A stretch of DNA of 62,058 nucleotides from Candidatus Aminicenantia bacterium (GCA_046760445.1 JBHIEE010000002.1:1-62058), one strand, 5' to 3'; positions 37,736-46,992 are shown, counted from the first letter of the stretch. A program made the numbers and translations. Notes: a model not told the origin generated them from the sequence alone.

Positions 37736-38822
37736 TAACCCCCCATACCGAGAATTTTCCATTCTCTATAATCAAAGCGCTTAGATTACCACCATAGGCA
37801 TCTGAAATGCCAGTATCAATTATCCAAATCCTTCCTTGAAACCGTCTCATATCCTTCATTGAAACACCTTTGCCCCTTTTTGGTGTATGAGCTATTACCA
37901 TATATTTGGCGTCGAGGTTGGATAAGATTCTACCAATTTCTTTTTTTAAAACATCTTCATCCTTCTGAGCTAACTCCCGATACCAGAGGGGTCCATTGCT
38001 GTCAAAAACAATTTCAGGTTTAAAAGGAATTTTAGGCGGCTGAGAGCGCCTTCCTGCTCTGCGCAGGAAATTTAGTTCCTTGCGCAAGAGATTATTTATA
38101 TCCTCCAGCTTCCATTTAGAAAATTCTTCGCTTATTCCTCCATGGGCAAATACAATATCATTGATTTTAATTACGGCATTGTGTTTAAGAATCCATATTC
38201 CATATTTTTCATTAAAGGTGTTTATATACTTTCTTCGAGCTCCCCCGTCGTTTCTCATTATTTCTCTCCAAAACTCCTCTAAATTGATATTTAAAGAAAT
38301 ATCCGGATCCGTCTCTTTGAGGGCTTTCTGTCCTATTCTTTCTCTAAATTCTTTTTCTCTCTTCTCTCTATATTTATCAGGAAGAAAGGAAACAAATTGG
38401 TCTACAGTAACATAGCCAACATAGTCGAAGGCTATGCCTGTAATATTCATTTCCTCATGGTTACCGATCAACACATGAACTTTGCCCCCTGCCTCTTCAG
38501 CTTCTTTCTCCAATCTTATCAATAGGTCAAAAACTTTCTTTGCATCAGGTCCTCTATCCATGATATCGCCGGTTTGTACTAGATGAGTTTTCCCTCCTGT
38601 CCAATGAAGTTCCTCATTGATTAATTTTATTCCTTTTAAGATTTTTACAAAATTCTTATAATCGCCGTGTATATCTCCTATAGCGACAATTTTTTCAATG
38701 CCGGTCCATACACACTGTATGCTGGCGGCATAGAGATTGGTAAGAAAGGTGAAGATAAAGAAAGTGAAAATTAATTGAGTTTTAATTTTTCTCATTGGGT
38801 TTTTAATGGAGTTGTTCTTCAT
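37722..38822 (-). CDS. Exported PPP-family (calcineurin-like) metallophosphoesterase / Ser-Thr phosphatase-like protein
   Basis: Hydrophobic N-terminus QLIFTFFIFTFLTNLYA|AS. GDIHGD, GDIMDRG, GNHE, FAHGG and VIAHTP motifs. Confidence 0.75.
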   Translation of the reverse strand: MKNNSIKNPMRKIKTQLIFTFFIFTFLTNLYAASIQCVWTGIEKIVAIGDIHGDYKNFVKILKGIKLINEELHWTGGKTHLVQTGDIMDRGPDAKKVFDLLIRLEKEAEEAGGKVHVLIGNHEEMNITGIAFDYVGYVTVDQFVSFLPDKYREKREKEFRERIGQKALKETDPDISLNINLEEFWREIMRNDGGARRKYINTFNEKYGIWILKHNAVIKINDIVFAHGGISEEFSKWKLEDINNLLRKELNFLRRAGRRSQPPKIPFKPEIVFDSNGPLWYRELAQKDEDVLKKEIGRILSNLDAKYMVIAHTPKRGKGVSMKDMRRFQGRIWIIDTGISDAYGGNLSALIIENGKFSVWGVNDEK

Positions 38823-38943
38823 AGTCTTTTCCTATGTTTCCAAGCAATATCTTTTTATTCTTTCCTTCGACTTTAATACTGTTCACTAATATTTATAATA
38901 GAGTAATGATAAGGGATGTCAAGAATTAAAGACATAACTTATC

Positions 38944-38972
38944 TTGACAAGATGAGTTTTCTAATATATATT
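38944..38972 (+). promoter_or_regulatory. sigma70-type promoter of the STAS/TLC-HEAT/PP2C operon
   Basis: TTGACA (38944-38949), 17 nt, TATATT (38967-38972). About 270-nt leader before 39244. Confidence 0.5.
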
Positions 38973-39243
38973 TTTGAAGGAAAATACAGAAAATACGCAA
39001 ATCATGAGTTTTTTCGAAATTACAGTCTATCTCTCTTTTTTCAAAAATAAACTTATGCACTGGCTCTTAAATAAGATTTTTGAAGAAGAAAGATAAGCAG
39101 GATTTAGATCGAAAAAGACGGAAAAAAAAGAAAATTCCAGGTAATCGAAGAATCGGAAAAGGAGGAGAGGGGGATTATCCTATTGATTCAAACAAAACCA
39201 GAGAAGTAGCCAATAGTAAGATTCTAAAAGAGTAAGGGAAGAA

Positions 39244-39591
39244 ATGGTAATAAATACAAGAGAAAAAAACGATATCGTTATTTTTGACATTGAGGGAGAA
39301 ATCAAAAGATCGGAGATAACCGATGTAACTCTACACCAGATCGTTAAAGATCAATTAGATACCGGCAAAAGGAATATACTCTTAAATTTTGAGAAAGTTG
39401 AACTTATTGATAGCTTTGGAGTAGGAGAGATTTTAGCCAGCTACATTTCCACTCACAATTTAGGGGGAAAGCTGAAGCTCGCAAAAATATCAAAAAAACT
39501 TTACCTTGTCTTTCAAGTCACAATGCTTACTAATGTTTTTGAAATATTCGATGATGAGGAAGTGGCATTAAAAAGCTTTTTTAAAGAATAG
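39244..39591 (+). CDS. STAS domain anti-sigma-factor antagonist (RsbV/SpoIIAA-like)
   Basis: 115 aa. ...VELIDSFGVGEILASY contains the phosphorylatable Ser position (DS-G). Confidence 0.8.
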   Translation: MVINTREKNDIVIFDIEGEIKRSEITDVTLHQIVKDQLDTGKRNILLNFEKVELIDSFGVGEILASYISTHNLGGKLKLAKISKKLYLVFQVTMLTNVFEIFDDEEVALKSFFKE

Positions 39592-39624
39592 TCCACGGTA
39601 CTATCCTTCTTAAAGAGTCATTCT

Positions 39625-42111
39625 ATGGTGAAAAATCGCTTTTATAAAATTTTGTCGCGGATTGTAGAGATCAAACCAGGCGAGGAAATCATATCTATCT
39701 TCCTCTTTTCTTATTTTTTTTTAATCACCGCTCCGTACAACATTATTAAATCCCTTAGGAATGCGAGTTATTTAGACACGCTGGGAGCAAAAGGGCTTCC
39801 CCTTGCTTATTTATTGACAGCCGCTCTAATAGGCTTTGTTGTTGCTTTTCATTCCAAGCTTCAAGTCAAAATTCCAAGACATCTTTTAATAATATCCAGC
39901 CTCATTTTTTTCATTCTCACTTGTTTCCTTTTCTGGTTGCTTTTCCCCTATGGGTGGAGTTGGTTGCCACTCGCTTATTGGATATGGGCGAATATTTTTA
40001 TTGTAGTTCTAGTGACTCAATTCTGGGTTTCAGTTAACGATGCATTCAACCCGAGGGAGGCAAAAAGACTGATTGGCTTCTTTGGCAGTGGAGGAATATT
40101 AGGAGGTATAGTAGGAGGAGAGGTGACAGGTTTTTTAGCTAAGTCTAAGGTATCTTACGATCTTCTACTTGTAGCTTCTGGAATGCTCATCGCCTGTGTT
40201 TTTGTCGTAAATTATATATTTATTTGGCAGGCAAAAAGACAATCTATCACTGATAAAGCAGATAAAAAAGATAAAGAAAGAGGGGGAGAACTGCCTAAAG
40301 TAGGCTTTAAAGATTGCTTCGATACTGTAAGAAAACACTATTATTTAAAGCTCCTGGCAGCAGTAGTCACAACAACATTGATTGTTTCGACTCTTATTGA
40401 TTTTCAGTTTAATAGTGTAGTCGAAAGCACGCTGTCTGTAAGGAATAATCTGACAGCTTTTTTTGGACATTTTAATGCAGGATTGATGGTTCTTCCTTTT
40501 TTTCTTCAACTTTTGATGACGAGCAGCCTTATCAAACGCTATGGCATTCGTTTTACCTTATTGCTTTACCCCATGGTATTGCTCCTTTGTTCTTCGGGAA
40601 TTGCCGCTTTCCCGATTATTTATTTTGCTATACTCATTAAAGGCAGCGATAAAAGCCTCTCTTATTCCCTTAACCAGTCTGTCCGGGAGCTCCTTTATAT
40701 TCCTATTTCACCAGAGCTTAAGTACAAAGCAAAGATATTCATCGATATGTTTCTCAATAGATTTGCCAAAGGCATCGGAGCAGTGATACTTATGATACTT
40801 TTATACTTTCATCTTGGAATCCAATATGTGAGCCTTGCTTCTGCTGTTTTTATTTTTGTGTGGGTTATTCTCAATCTAAAGGTAAGTAAGGAATACATCA
40901 ATACTGTTAAGCAGAAATTAGAGGTGAAGTGGGAGCGGGCGGATAGATTAGTGGCTGAAAAAGTGGATGTTGATTATACAAAATTAGTCTTTGACACCTT
41001 AGAGAGCAAAAATCGAAGTTCAGTCTTGTATGCCATGCATCTCTTCGATTTGATAAAGCAAGATAAACTCACTCCTGAACTAAAAAAGATAATCTCATAT
41101 AAATCTGATGAAATAAGAGCGAGTTCCATGGATTCGCTTCTAGAATTGGATGGAGAGGTTTTAATCCCTGAAATTGATGATGCTTTGGACGATGAAAGCC
41201 TTGATGTCCAGGTTAAGGAAATCATGTCTTTGGATGTTTACCAAGAACTGATGAAAGAGCACATCAATAAAATCGTAAGTGAGGAAAGCAAGGAGGCAGA
41301 GGTTTCCAGAATGGAAGCAGCTAAGGTTCTGGGAATGATGGAGCCAACTTCCCCCCTCATCCATAACCTTAGTAAACTCCTTAGGGATGAATCGCCCGAA
41401 GTGATTAGGTACGCTGTTGAGAGTGCCGGAAAGCTAAAAAGGAGGGAGTTCGTTCCTCTTATCATTCAGCAATTGAGTAAGCCCTCCACCCAGGAAGTCG
41501 CCAGTAAAGCTTTAGTAGAATATGGAGTTAAAATTATAGGGACACTAAAAGATTATTTGGGGGATCCGGAAGAAGATATTCGATTGCGAAAGGCCATCCC
41601 AGACATCTTAGCCCGAATAGGCACCCAAAGAGTAGGAGATTTATTAGCTTTAGAATTAAAAAAGGAAATAAGGGATGTGGAATCTGAAATCATCGAAGCT
41701 ATGTATAAGATGAAATCGAAAAATCCTCAAATTCATTTTCAGGAAAAGATAGTATTGTCTGAAATAATTCTGAAAATAAAAGAAAGTTATTTGATTTTGA
41801 TGGAAATGCATGATTTAAAAGCAGATAAGAAAAAAGCGTTTTCGGCTACAGACTTAGAGAATAATTTAGCTCAACCTCTCAAACATATTTTTGAACTGTT
41901 AAGTCTTATTTATCCCCAAGAAGATGTCATTAAAGCCTATCAAAATATTTGTACTGGAACAAAAAAGGCAATAGACTATTCTATCGAACTTCTTGACAAT
42001 ATGTTAAAGAAAGAGATAAAAGAGGTTCTCCTTCCCTTGATTGATGATATTCCTTTTAAAGATAAGGTTAGGAAATGCAGAAAATTGCTTAAGACTTTGG
42101 AAAAAGTTTAA
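39625..42111 (+). CDS. TLC-like membrane carrier fused to a C-terminal HEAT/armadillo-repeat domain
   Basis: N-terminal ~440 aa with multiple TM segments and TQFWVSVNDAFNPREAKRLIGFFGSGG (TLC signature). C-terminal ~380 aa helical repeats (LLRDESPEVIRYAVESAGKLK, LGDPEEDIRLRKAIPDILARIG). Confidence 0.7.
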   Translation: MVKNRFYKILSRIVEIKPGEEIISIFLFSYFFLITAPYNIIKSLRNASYLDTLGAKGLPLAYLLTAALIGFVVAFHSKLQVKIPRHLLIISSLIFFILTCFLFWLLFPYGWSWLPLAYWIWANIFIVVLVTQFWVSVNDAFNPREAKRLIGFFGSGGILGGIVGGEVTGFLAKSKVSYDLLLVASGMLIACVFVVNYIFIWQAKRQSITDKADKKDKERGGELPKVGFKDCFDTVRKHYYLKLLAAVVTTTLIVSTLIDFQFNSVVESTLSVRNNLTAFFGHFNAGLMVLPFFLQLLMTSSLIKRYGIRFTLLLYPMVLLLCSSGIAAFPIIYFAILIKGSDKSLSYSLNQSVRELLYIPISPELKYKAKIFIDMFLNRFAKGIGAVILMILLYFHLGIQYVSLASAVFIFVWVILNLKVSKEYINTVKQKLEVKWERADRLVAEKVDVDYTKLVFDTLESKNRSSVLYAMHLFDLIKQDKLTPELKKIISYKSDEIRASSMDSLLELDGEVLIPEIDDALDDESLDVQVKEIMSLDVYQELMKEHINKIVSEESKEAEVSRMEAAKVLGMMEPTSPLIHNLSKLLRDESPEVIRYAVESAGKLKRREFVPLIIQQLSKPSTQEVASKALVEYGVKIIGTLKDYLGDPEEDIRLRKAIPDILARIGTQRVGDLLALELKKEIRDVESEIIEAMYKMKSKNPQIHFQEKIVLSEIILKIKESYLILMEMHDLKADKKKAFSATDLENNLAQPLKHIFELLSLIYPQEDVIKAYQNICTGTKKAIDYSIELLDNMLKKEIKEVLLPLIDDIPFKDKVRKCRKLLKTLEKV

Positions 42112-42163
42112 AAAATATCCTTGAAATATAGTTCTCTTTCGATTAAAATTAAAAAAAATATAA

Positions 42164-43840
42164 ATGTCGAAACTATTTGTTTATCCGAAAAAGGGGGAGG
42201 TATTTTGTTTTCCTCTCAAAAAAGAAAAAATATCTATCGGGCGTTCCGCTGACAATGACATCTCCACTCCTGATCCATTTTGTTCAGGGCATCATGCCTT
42301 CATTTATCCTTCGGAAGTGGGATATGTGGTTCGAGATAATAACAGCAAAAATGGAACCTTTGTTAATGGCAAAAAAATTCAATCCGAGACCGAACTCAAG
42401 AAAGGAGATGAAATCCTTATTGGCTCAACAAGGATTGTCTTTGATAAGGAACTTTCGACAAATATTGAAGTTGTGGAGATTCCATCCCCCTCTGCAAATG
42501 TAAATACCATAATTCATCTTAAAGAGATTCTGAAGAAGCCCGATATCGAGACAACTTTGAAAGCTAATGCAACACCTTTTGATTTGGAAAGGATCAAATC
42601 AGAACATAAAGCTTTTTCCGTGTTAAGTGAAGTCAGTAAAACTCTTATTTCCCATAGGCCCCCAGAAGAACTCTTAGACCATATCATGGATTTAATTTGC
42701 CAGAATCTCCCTATGGACAGAGGGATTCTGATGCTAAAAGAAGGAAATCCTGCTCAATTAATTCCAAAAGTTGTTCGTATCAATAACAAGAACCTTAAGA
42801 ATCAGAAAATTCAGGTGAGTCAAAGCATAATCAATATGGCTGTTAATAAGCATTCGTCAGTCCTCACTTATGATGCCCAAGCTGATCCTCGTTTCAGGAC
42901 TAAGGAGAGCGTTATTAAATCCAACATCCATTCGGCAATGTGTGTTCCTTTATGGAATAACAAGGAAATTATAGGAATAGTCTATTCAGACCGGATATAT
43001 CTCCTTGACCGGTTTTCGGATGAAGATCTAAAACTGTTGACTCTCTTATCCAATTTGGCTGCGATCAAGATCGAAAATGCTAAGCTTATCGAGCAAGCCA
43101 TCGAGAAAGAAAAGATTGAAAAAGAGCTTGCGTTGGCTGCCCAGATTCAAAAAGACTTTCTTCCTAAAGAAGATCCTGAGTGCGAAAATTTTAAAATCGC
43201 TGGCTCCAACATCTCTTGTTATCATGTTGGTGGGGATTATTATGATTTTATCACTATCGATCCTTGTCGCTTAGGGATTATTATTGCTGATGTTTCTGGG
43301 AAAGGAATTAGTGCTTCCCTTCTCATGGCTTCTTTAAGAGCAGCTCTTCATTCAGAGGTTCATCCTCAATACAAGTTAGAGGAAATGGCGGCTAAATTGA
43401 GCAATTTCGTTCACCGCAGTTCTGCCCAAAATCGTTTTATAAGTTTTTTCTTTTGCGAATTAAACAATAAAAGTGGCGAGCTAAGATATATCAATGCTGG
43501 ACATAATCCTCCCCTTATCCTCGATAGAAAAGGGAAAATTCATCGTTTGAAAAGCTGCGGCTTGTGCTTGGGTATGTTTCCTTCTGTTACTTATGAAGCG
43601 AAAAAAGTCACTTTAAAAGCCGGTGATATGGCCCTTCTTTTTACAGATGGAATCACCGAAAGTCGGAATAAAGAAAAAGAAGAATTTAATGAGAAAAGAC
43701 TCATAAACCTCCTTAAAAAGCATTCTAAATTACCTGCCCAGAAACTTCTGGAAAAAATTTTTGATGAAATCAATTTATTCACCTCTGGTGCTGACCAAAT
43801 GGACGATATGACTCTCGTCATCATTAAAAGAATCTCTTAG
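42164..43840 (+). CDS. FHA-GAF-PP2C (SpoIIE/RsbU-type) phosphatase
   Basis: FHA (ISIGRSADNDI...NSKNGTFVNGKKI), GAF (DRGILML...), SpoIIE-type PP2C (GGDYYDF, IADVSGKG, NAGHNPP, FTDGITE, DDMTLV). Confidence 0.85.
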   Translation: MSKLFVYPKKGEVFCFPLKKEKISIGRSADNDISTPDPFCSGHHAFIYPSEVGYVVRDNNSKNGTFVNGKKIQSETELKKGDEILIGSTRIVFDKELSTNIEVVEIPSPSANVNTIIHLKEILKKPDIETTLKANATPFDLERIKSEHKAFSVLSEVSKTLISHRPPEELLDHIMDLICQNLPMDRGILMLKEGNPAQLIPKVVRINNKNLKNQKIQVSQSIINMAVNKHSSVLTYDAQADPRFRTKESVIKSNIHSAMCVPLWNNKEIIGIVYSDRIYLLDRFSDEDLKLLTLLSNLAAIKIENAKLIEQAIEKEKIEKELALAAQIQKDFLPKEDPECENFKIAGSNISCYHVGGDYYDFITIDPCRLGIIIADVSGKGISASLLMASLRAALHSEVHPQYKLEEMAAKLSNFVHRSSAQNRFISFFFCELNNKSGELRYINAGHNPPLILDRKGKIHRLKSCGLCLGMFPSVTYEAKKVTLKAGDMALLFTDGITESRNKEKEEFNEKRLINLLKKHSKLPAQKLLEKIFDEINLFTSGADQMDDMTLVIIKRIS

Positions 43841-43855
43841 CAATCCAAGCAGGAG

Positions 43856-44041
43856 ATGTGCTCTATGATTGGCAAAACCATCTCCCATTGCAAACTCCTC
43901 GAAAAACTTGACAGAGGAGGGATGCTGGGTAAGATCTACCAAGAGAAAGGCAGGAGCTCATTTCAGGTATTAATCCCATCATATACCCCTGGAGAGAATC
44001 AGCATAAGATAAACTGGTCTTGGGGATGCGATACCAATTAA
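43856..44041 (+). pseudogene. Orphan 5' fragment of a Ser/Thr kinase gene fused to repeat R2
   Basis: MCSMIGKTISHCKLLEKLDRGGM... resembles the common kinase start IGKTISHY-ILEKLG-GGMG for about 23 codons. It then degenerates and runs into the R2 repeat, ending at 44041. Confidence 0.5.
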
Positions 44042-44295
44042 AGCATTTTTTTAGTTATTAAATTTGACTATTTTCTTATTAAATAATATTATATTGTCAA
44101 ACAAGCAAAAGGAACAATGAATTATGAAATGCCCTAAATGTCATTTTGAAAATCCCGCTGATACCCGTTTTTGCAACAACTGTGCAACACCACTTCAACC
44201 CTCAGAGGAAATCTCTATTTCTCAGACGAAGACTCTCCAAATACCCATGAAAGAGATAACCATTGGAAGCACTTTTGCTGGAAGGTACCAAGTCA
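43957..44295 (+). repeat. Repeat R2 (second copy of the promoter + Zn-ribbon module)
   Basis: See R1. Offset between copies is 14,654 bp, same orientation. Confidence 0.85.
44064..44092 (+). promoter_or_regulatory. sigma70-type promoter of kinase gene 2
   Basis: TTGACT (44064-44069), 17 nt, TATTAT (44087-44092). Confidence 0.5.
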
Positions 44296-46898
44296 TTGAA
44301 GAGCTTGGGAGAGGGGGCATGGGCGTGGTCTACAAAGCCAAGGACAATAAACTTAAACGCACCGTCGCATTGAAATTTCTCACACCCAAAGCCTTGGGAA
44401 GTGAGGAGGAAAAAACGCGTTTTGTGCATGAGGCGCAAGCTGCCGCAGCATTGGATCATCCTAACATTTGTACAGTCTACGAAATTGATGAAGCTGAAGA
44501 GCCTGCCCCGGTGGGCAGGCAAACCTTCATTGCGATGGCTTATATCAAAGGTCAAAGTCTAAAAGAGAAGATCGAATCAGGCCCCCTGAAACTGGATGAA
44601 GCGCTGGACATTGCCATACAGGTTGCAGAGGGCTTGCAGGAGGCACATGAGAAAAGGATCGTTCACCGAGACATCAAAAGTACCAACATTATGGTAACAG
44701 AGAAAGGTCAGGCAAAGATAATGGATTTTGGGTTAGCCAAGTTAGCTGAGGGAACGAAGCTTACCAAGGCGGCAACGATCATGGGTACGGTGGCATACAT
44801 GTCGCCGGAGCAGGTGAGGGGGGAAACGGTCGATCACCGCACGGACATCTGGTCGCTGGGTGTTGTGTTGCATGAGATGGTCACCGGGCAATTGCCCTTC
44901 AAAGGGGAGTATGAGCAGGCGGTGATGTATTCGATTTTGAATGAAGGTTCAGAGCCGTTGACAAGCGTGCGAAGTGGCATACCATTGGAGTTTGAAAGAA
45001 TCGTAAACAAGTGCTTGGAGAAGGACCCAACCGAGCGCTACCAGACTACCGCCGACTTGAAAGCAGACCTGAAGCGTTTGAAGCGCGACATAAGTTCAGG
45101 AAAGGCTGCTGTCCACATCGCAACGGCTGCCGTACCGCATCCTTTCCAGCGGCTTCTGCGTAAGACTGCTGTCCCCCTTACCGGGGTGATTATAGCAATG
45201 CTATTGTTATTGCTGCTGTCCTCAAACCGAAGAGCTGTAAAGAAGTGGTTGGGTTTTGAGGCGATACCTGCTGAGAAGCATCTTGCAGTGCTCCCCTTCA
45301 CCATTGTAGGCGGTGACTCAGAAGACCAGGCTTTTTGTGACGGCCTGGTGGAAACTTTTACCAGTAAGCTCACCCAACTGGAGCGCTTCCAAGGGTCGCT
45401 ATGGGTCGTGCCCGCGAGTGAGGTACGTGAACGGGGAATTACCAGCGTTAGCGAAGCCAGGAGGGCTTTTGGGGTCAATCTGGTTGTAACCGAAAGTATG
45501 CAACGCATAGATGACATGCTTCAGTTGACGTTGAACCTCGTTGATACGAAGACTCTGCGCCAACTGAGATCCGAAGTTATCAAAGGTGGTATTAACAATC
45601 TTTCTGATATGCATAACAATGCCGTCATCAAACTGGTCGGGATCCTAGACATAGAATTACAACCACAAACGAGTAGGGTATTAACCACTGGAGGCCCCAC
45701 TGTACCGGACGTTTCCGAATTATATGTGAAAGCCCGCGGTTACATGCAACGCTACGAGAAGGAGGAAAATCTCGACACTGCAATTAGCTTGTTTAAGCGA
45801 GCGATTGATAAAGATTCTTCTTATGCCTTGGCCTATGCAGGATTGGGGGAAGCCTATTGGCGCAAGTACAAACTTACGAAAGACCCCAACTGGGTTAAAA
45901 TAGCTCAATCATATTGTAACCGTGCAATTCAGCTCAGTGAAAGTTTGGCGCCAGTCCATGTCACGCTCGGAATCATTTATAGAGATACTGGTCGATATGA
46001 GGACGCCATTAAAGAATTTCAGCAGGCATTATTGCTTGATCCTGTAAACTCTGATGCTCACCGAGAATTAGCTTCGGCCTATGAGAAGCTCGGAAAACTA
46101 GAAAAAGCAGAAGCGACATATAAAAAAGCTATTGAATTGAGGCCAAGTTATTGGGCGGGTTACAGCTATCTAGGCGTTTTTTATTACTTCCAAGGCCGCT
46201 ACACTGAGGCAGAAAAAATGTTCCTCAAGGTTACGGAATTAACGCCGGACAATATTCGTGGTTATAATCTTTTGGGGGCTGTCTACCTTCAAATGGGTCG
46301 AATTGATTTGGCAACGGCAATGTTAAAAAAATCCCTCGCCATCAAACCTGATGCGGTCACCTACTCCAATTTGGGTACTTTATACTTTTATCAACGCAGG
46401 TATGCCGACGCCACGGCTATGTATGAAGAGGCGATCAAGTTGGGAGAGAATAGATATACGATTTGGGGGAATCTGGCTGATACTTACCGATACATGCCTG
46501 GATATTCGGAAAAGGAACGGGAAGCTTATCAACGCGCCATTCAATTAGCTGAGAAAGAACTGGAAATTAATCCTAAAGATGCCCACCTTCATGGAAATTT
46601 AGCCTTCTATTACGCAATATTAGGAAACCATAAAAATGCACTGACTAAAATCTCCAAGGCTCGAAAATTGGCGCCAAATGATGTATGGGTTCTCCGCAAA
46701 TGCGTCCAGGTCTTTGAACTCGCCAATCAACGCGACCAAGCACTTCAAGCTCTCGAAGAATTTATTAAACGAGGCGGCTCCATAGACGAAGTTCATAAAG
46801 ACCCTGATCTTTCTGAACTCCGTAAAGATCCTCTTTACCAACAATTGGTCATGAAAGAAGAATCCACTGTATTTGATTCTCCCGATATAAACAAATGA
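44124..46898 (+). CDS. Hanks-type Ser/Thr protein kinase with N-terminal Zn-ribbon, TM helix, extracytoplasmic domain and TPR repeats
   Basis: CPKCHFEN...FCNNC; GRGGMGVVYKA, VALKFL, HRDIKSTN, DFGLAK, SPEQ; TM VPLTGVIIAMLLLLLLS; then a ~130-aa domain and multiple TPRs (AYAGLGEAYW, AHRELASAYEKLG...). Confidence 0.9.
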   Translation: MKCPKCHFENPADTRFCNNCATPLQPSEEISISQTKTLQIPMKEITIGSTFAGRYQVIEELGRGGMGVVYKAKDNKLKRTVALKFLTPKALGSEEEKTRFVHEAQAAAALDHPNICTVYEIDEAEEPAPVGRQTFIAMAYIKGQSLKEKIESGPLKLDEALDIAIQVAEGLQEAHEKRIVHRDIKSTNIMVTEKGQAKIMDFGLAKLAEGTKLTKAATIMGTVAYMSPEQVRGETVDHRTDIWSLGVVLHEMVTGQLPFKGEYEQAVMYSILNEGSEPLTSVRSGIPLEFERIVNKCLEKDPTERYQTTADLKADLKRLKRDISSGKAAVHIATAAVPHPFQRLLRKTAVPLTGVIIAMLLLLLLSSNRRAVKKWLGFEAIPAEKHLAVLPFTIVGGDSEDQAFCDGLVETFTSKLTQLERFQGSLWVVPASEVRERGITSVSEARRAFGVNLVVTESMQRIDDMLQLTLNLVDTKTLRQLRSEVIKGGINNLSDMHNNAVIKLVGILDIELQPQTSRVLTTGGPTVPDVSELYVKARGYMQRYEKEENLDTAISLFKRAIDKDSSYALAYAGLGEAYWRKYKLTKDPNWVKIAQSYCNRAIQLSESLAPVHVTLGIIYRDTGRYEDAIKEFQQALLLDPVNSDAHRELASAYEKLGKLEKAEATYKKAIELRPSYWAGYSYLGVFYYFQGRYTEAEKMFLKVTELTPDNIRGYNLLGAVYLQMGRIDLATAMLKKSLAIKPDAVTYSNLGTLYFYQRRYADATAMYEEAIKLGENRYTIWGNLADTYRYMPGYSEKEREAYQRAIQLAEKELEINPKDAHLHGNLAFYYAILGNHKNALTKISKARKLAPNDVWVLRKCVQVFELANQRDQALQALEEFIKRGGSIDEVHKDPDLSELRKDPLYQQLVMKEESTVFDSPDINK

Positions 46899-46992
46899 CA
46901 AAACAAAATATAGCTAACTATTTAAATTAACATAATTAAACTGACCTTTATCGTCAGACAACATTGGGATAAAGGAAGGGGAAGGAGGTAAC

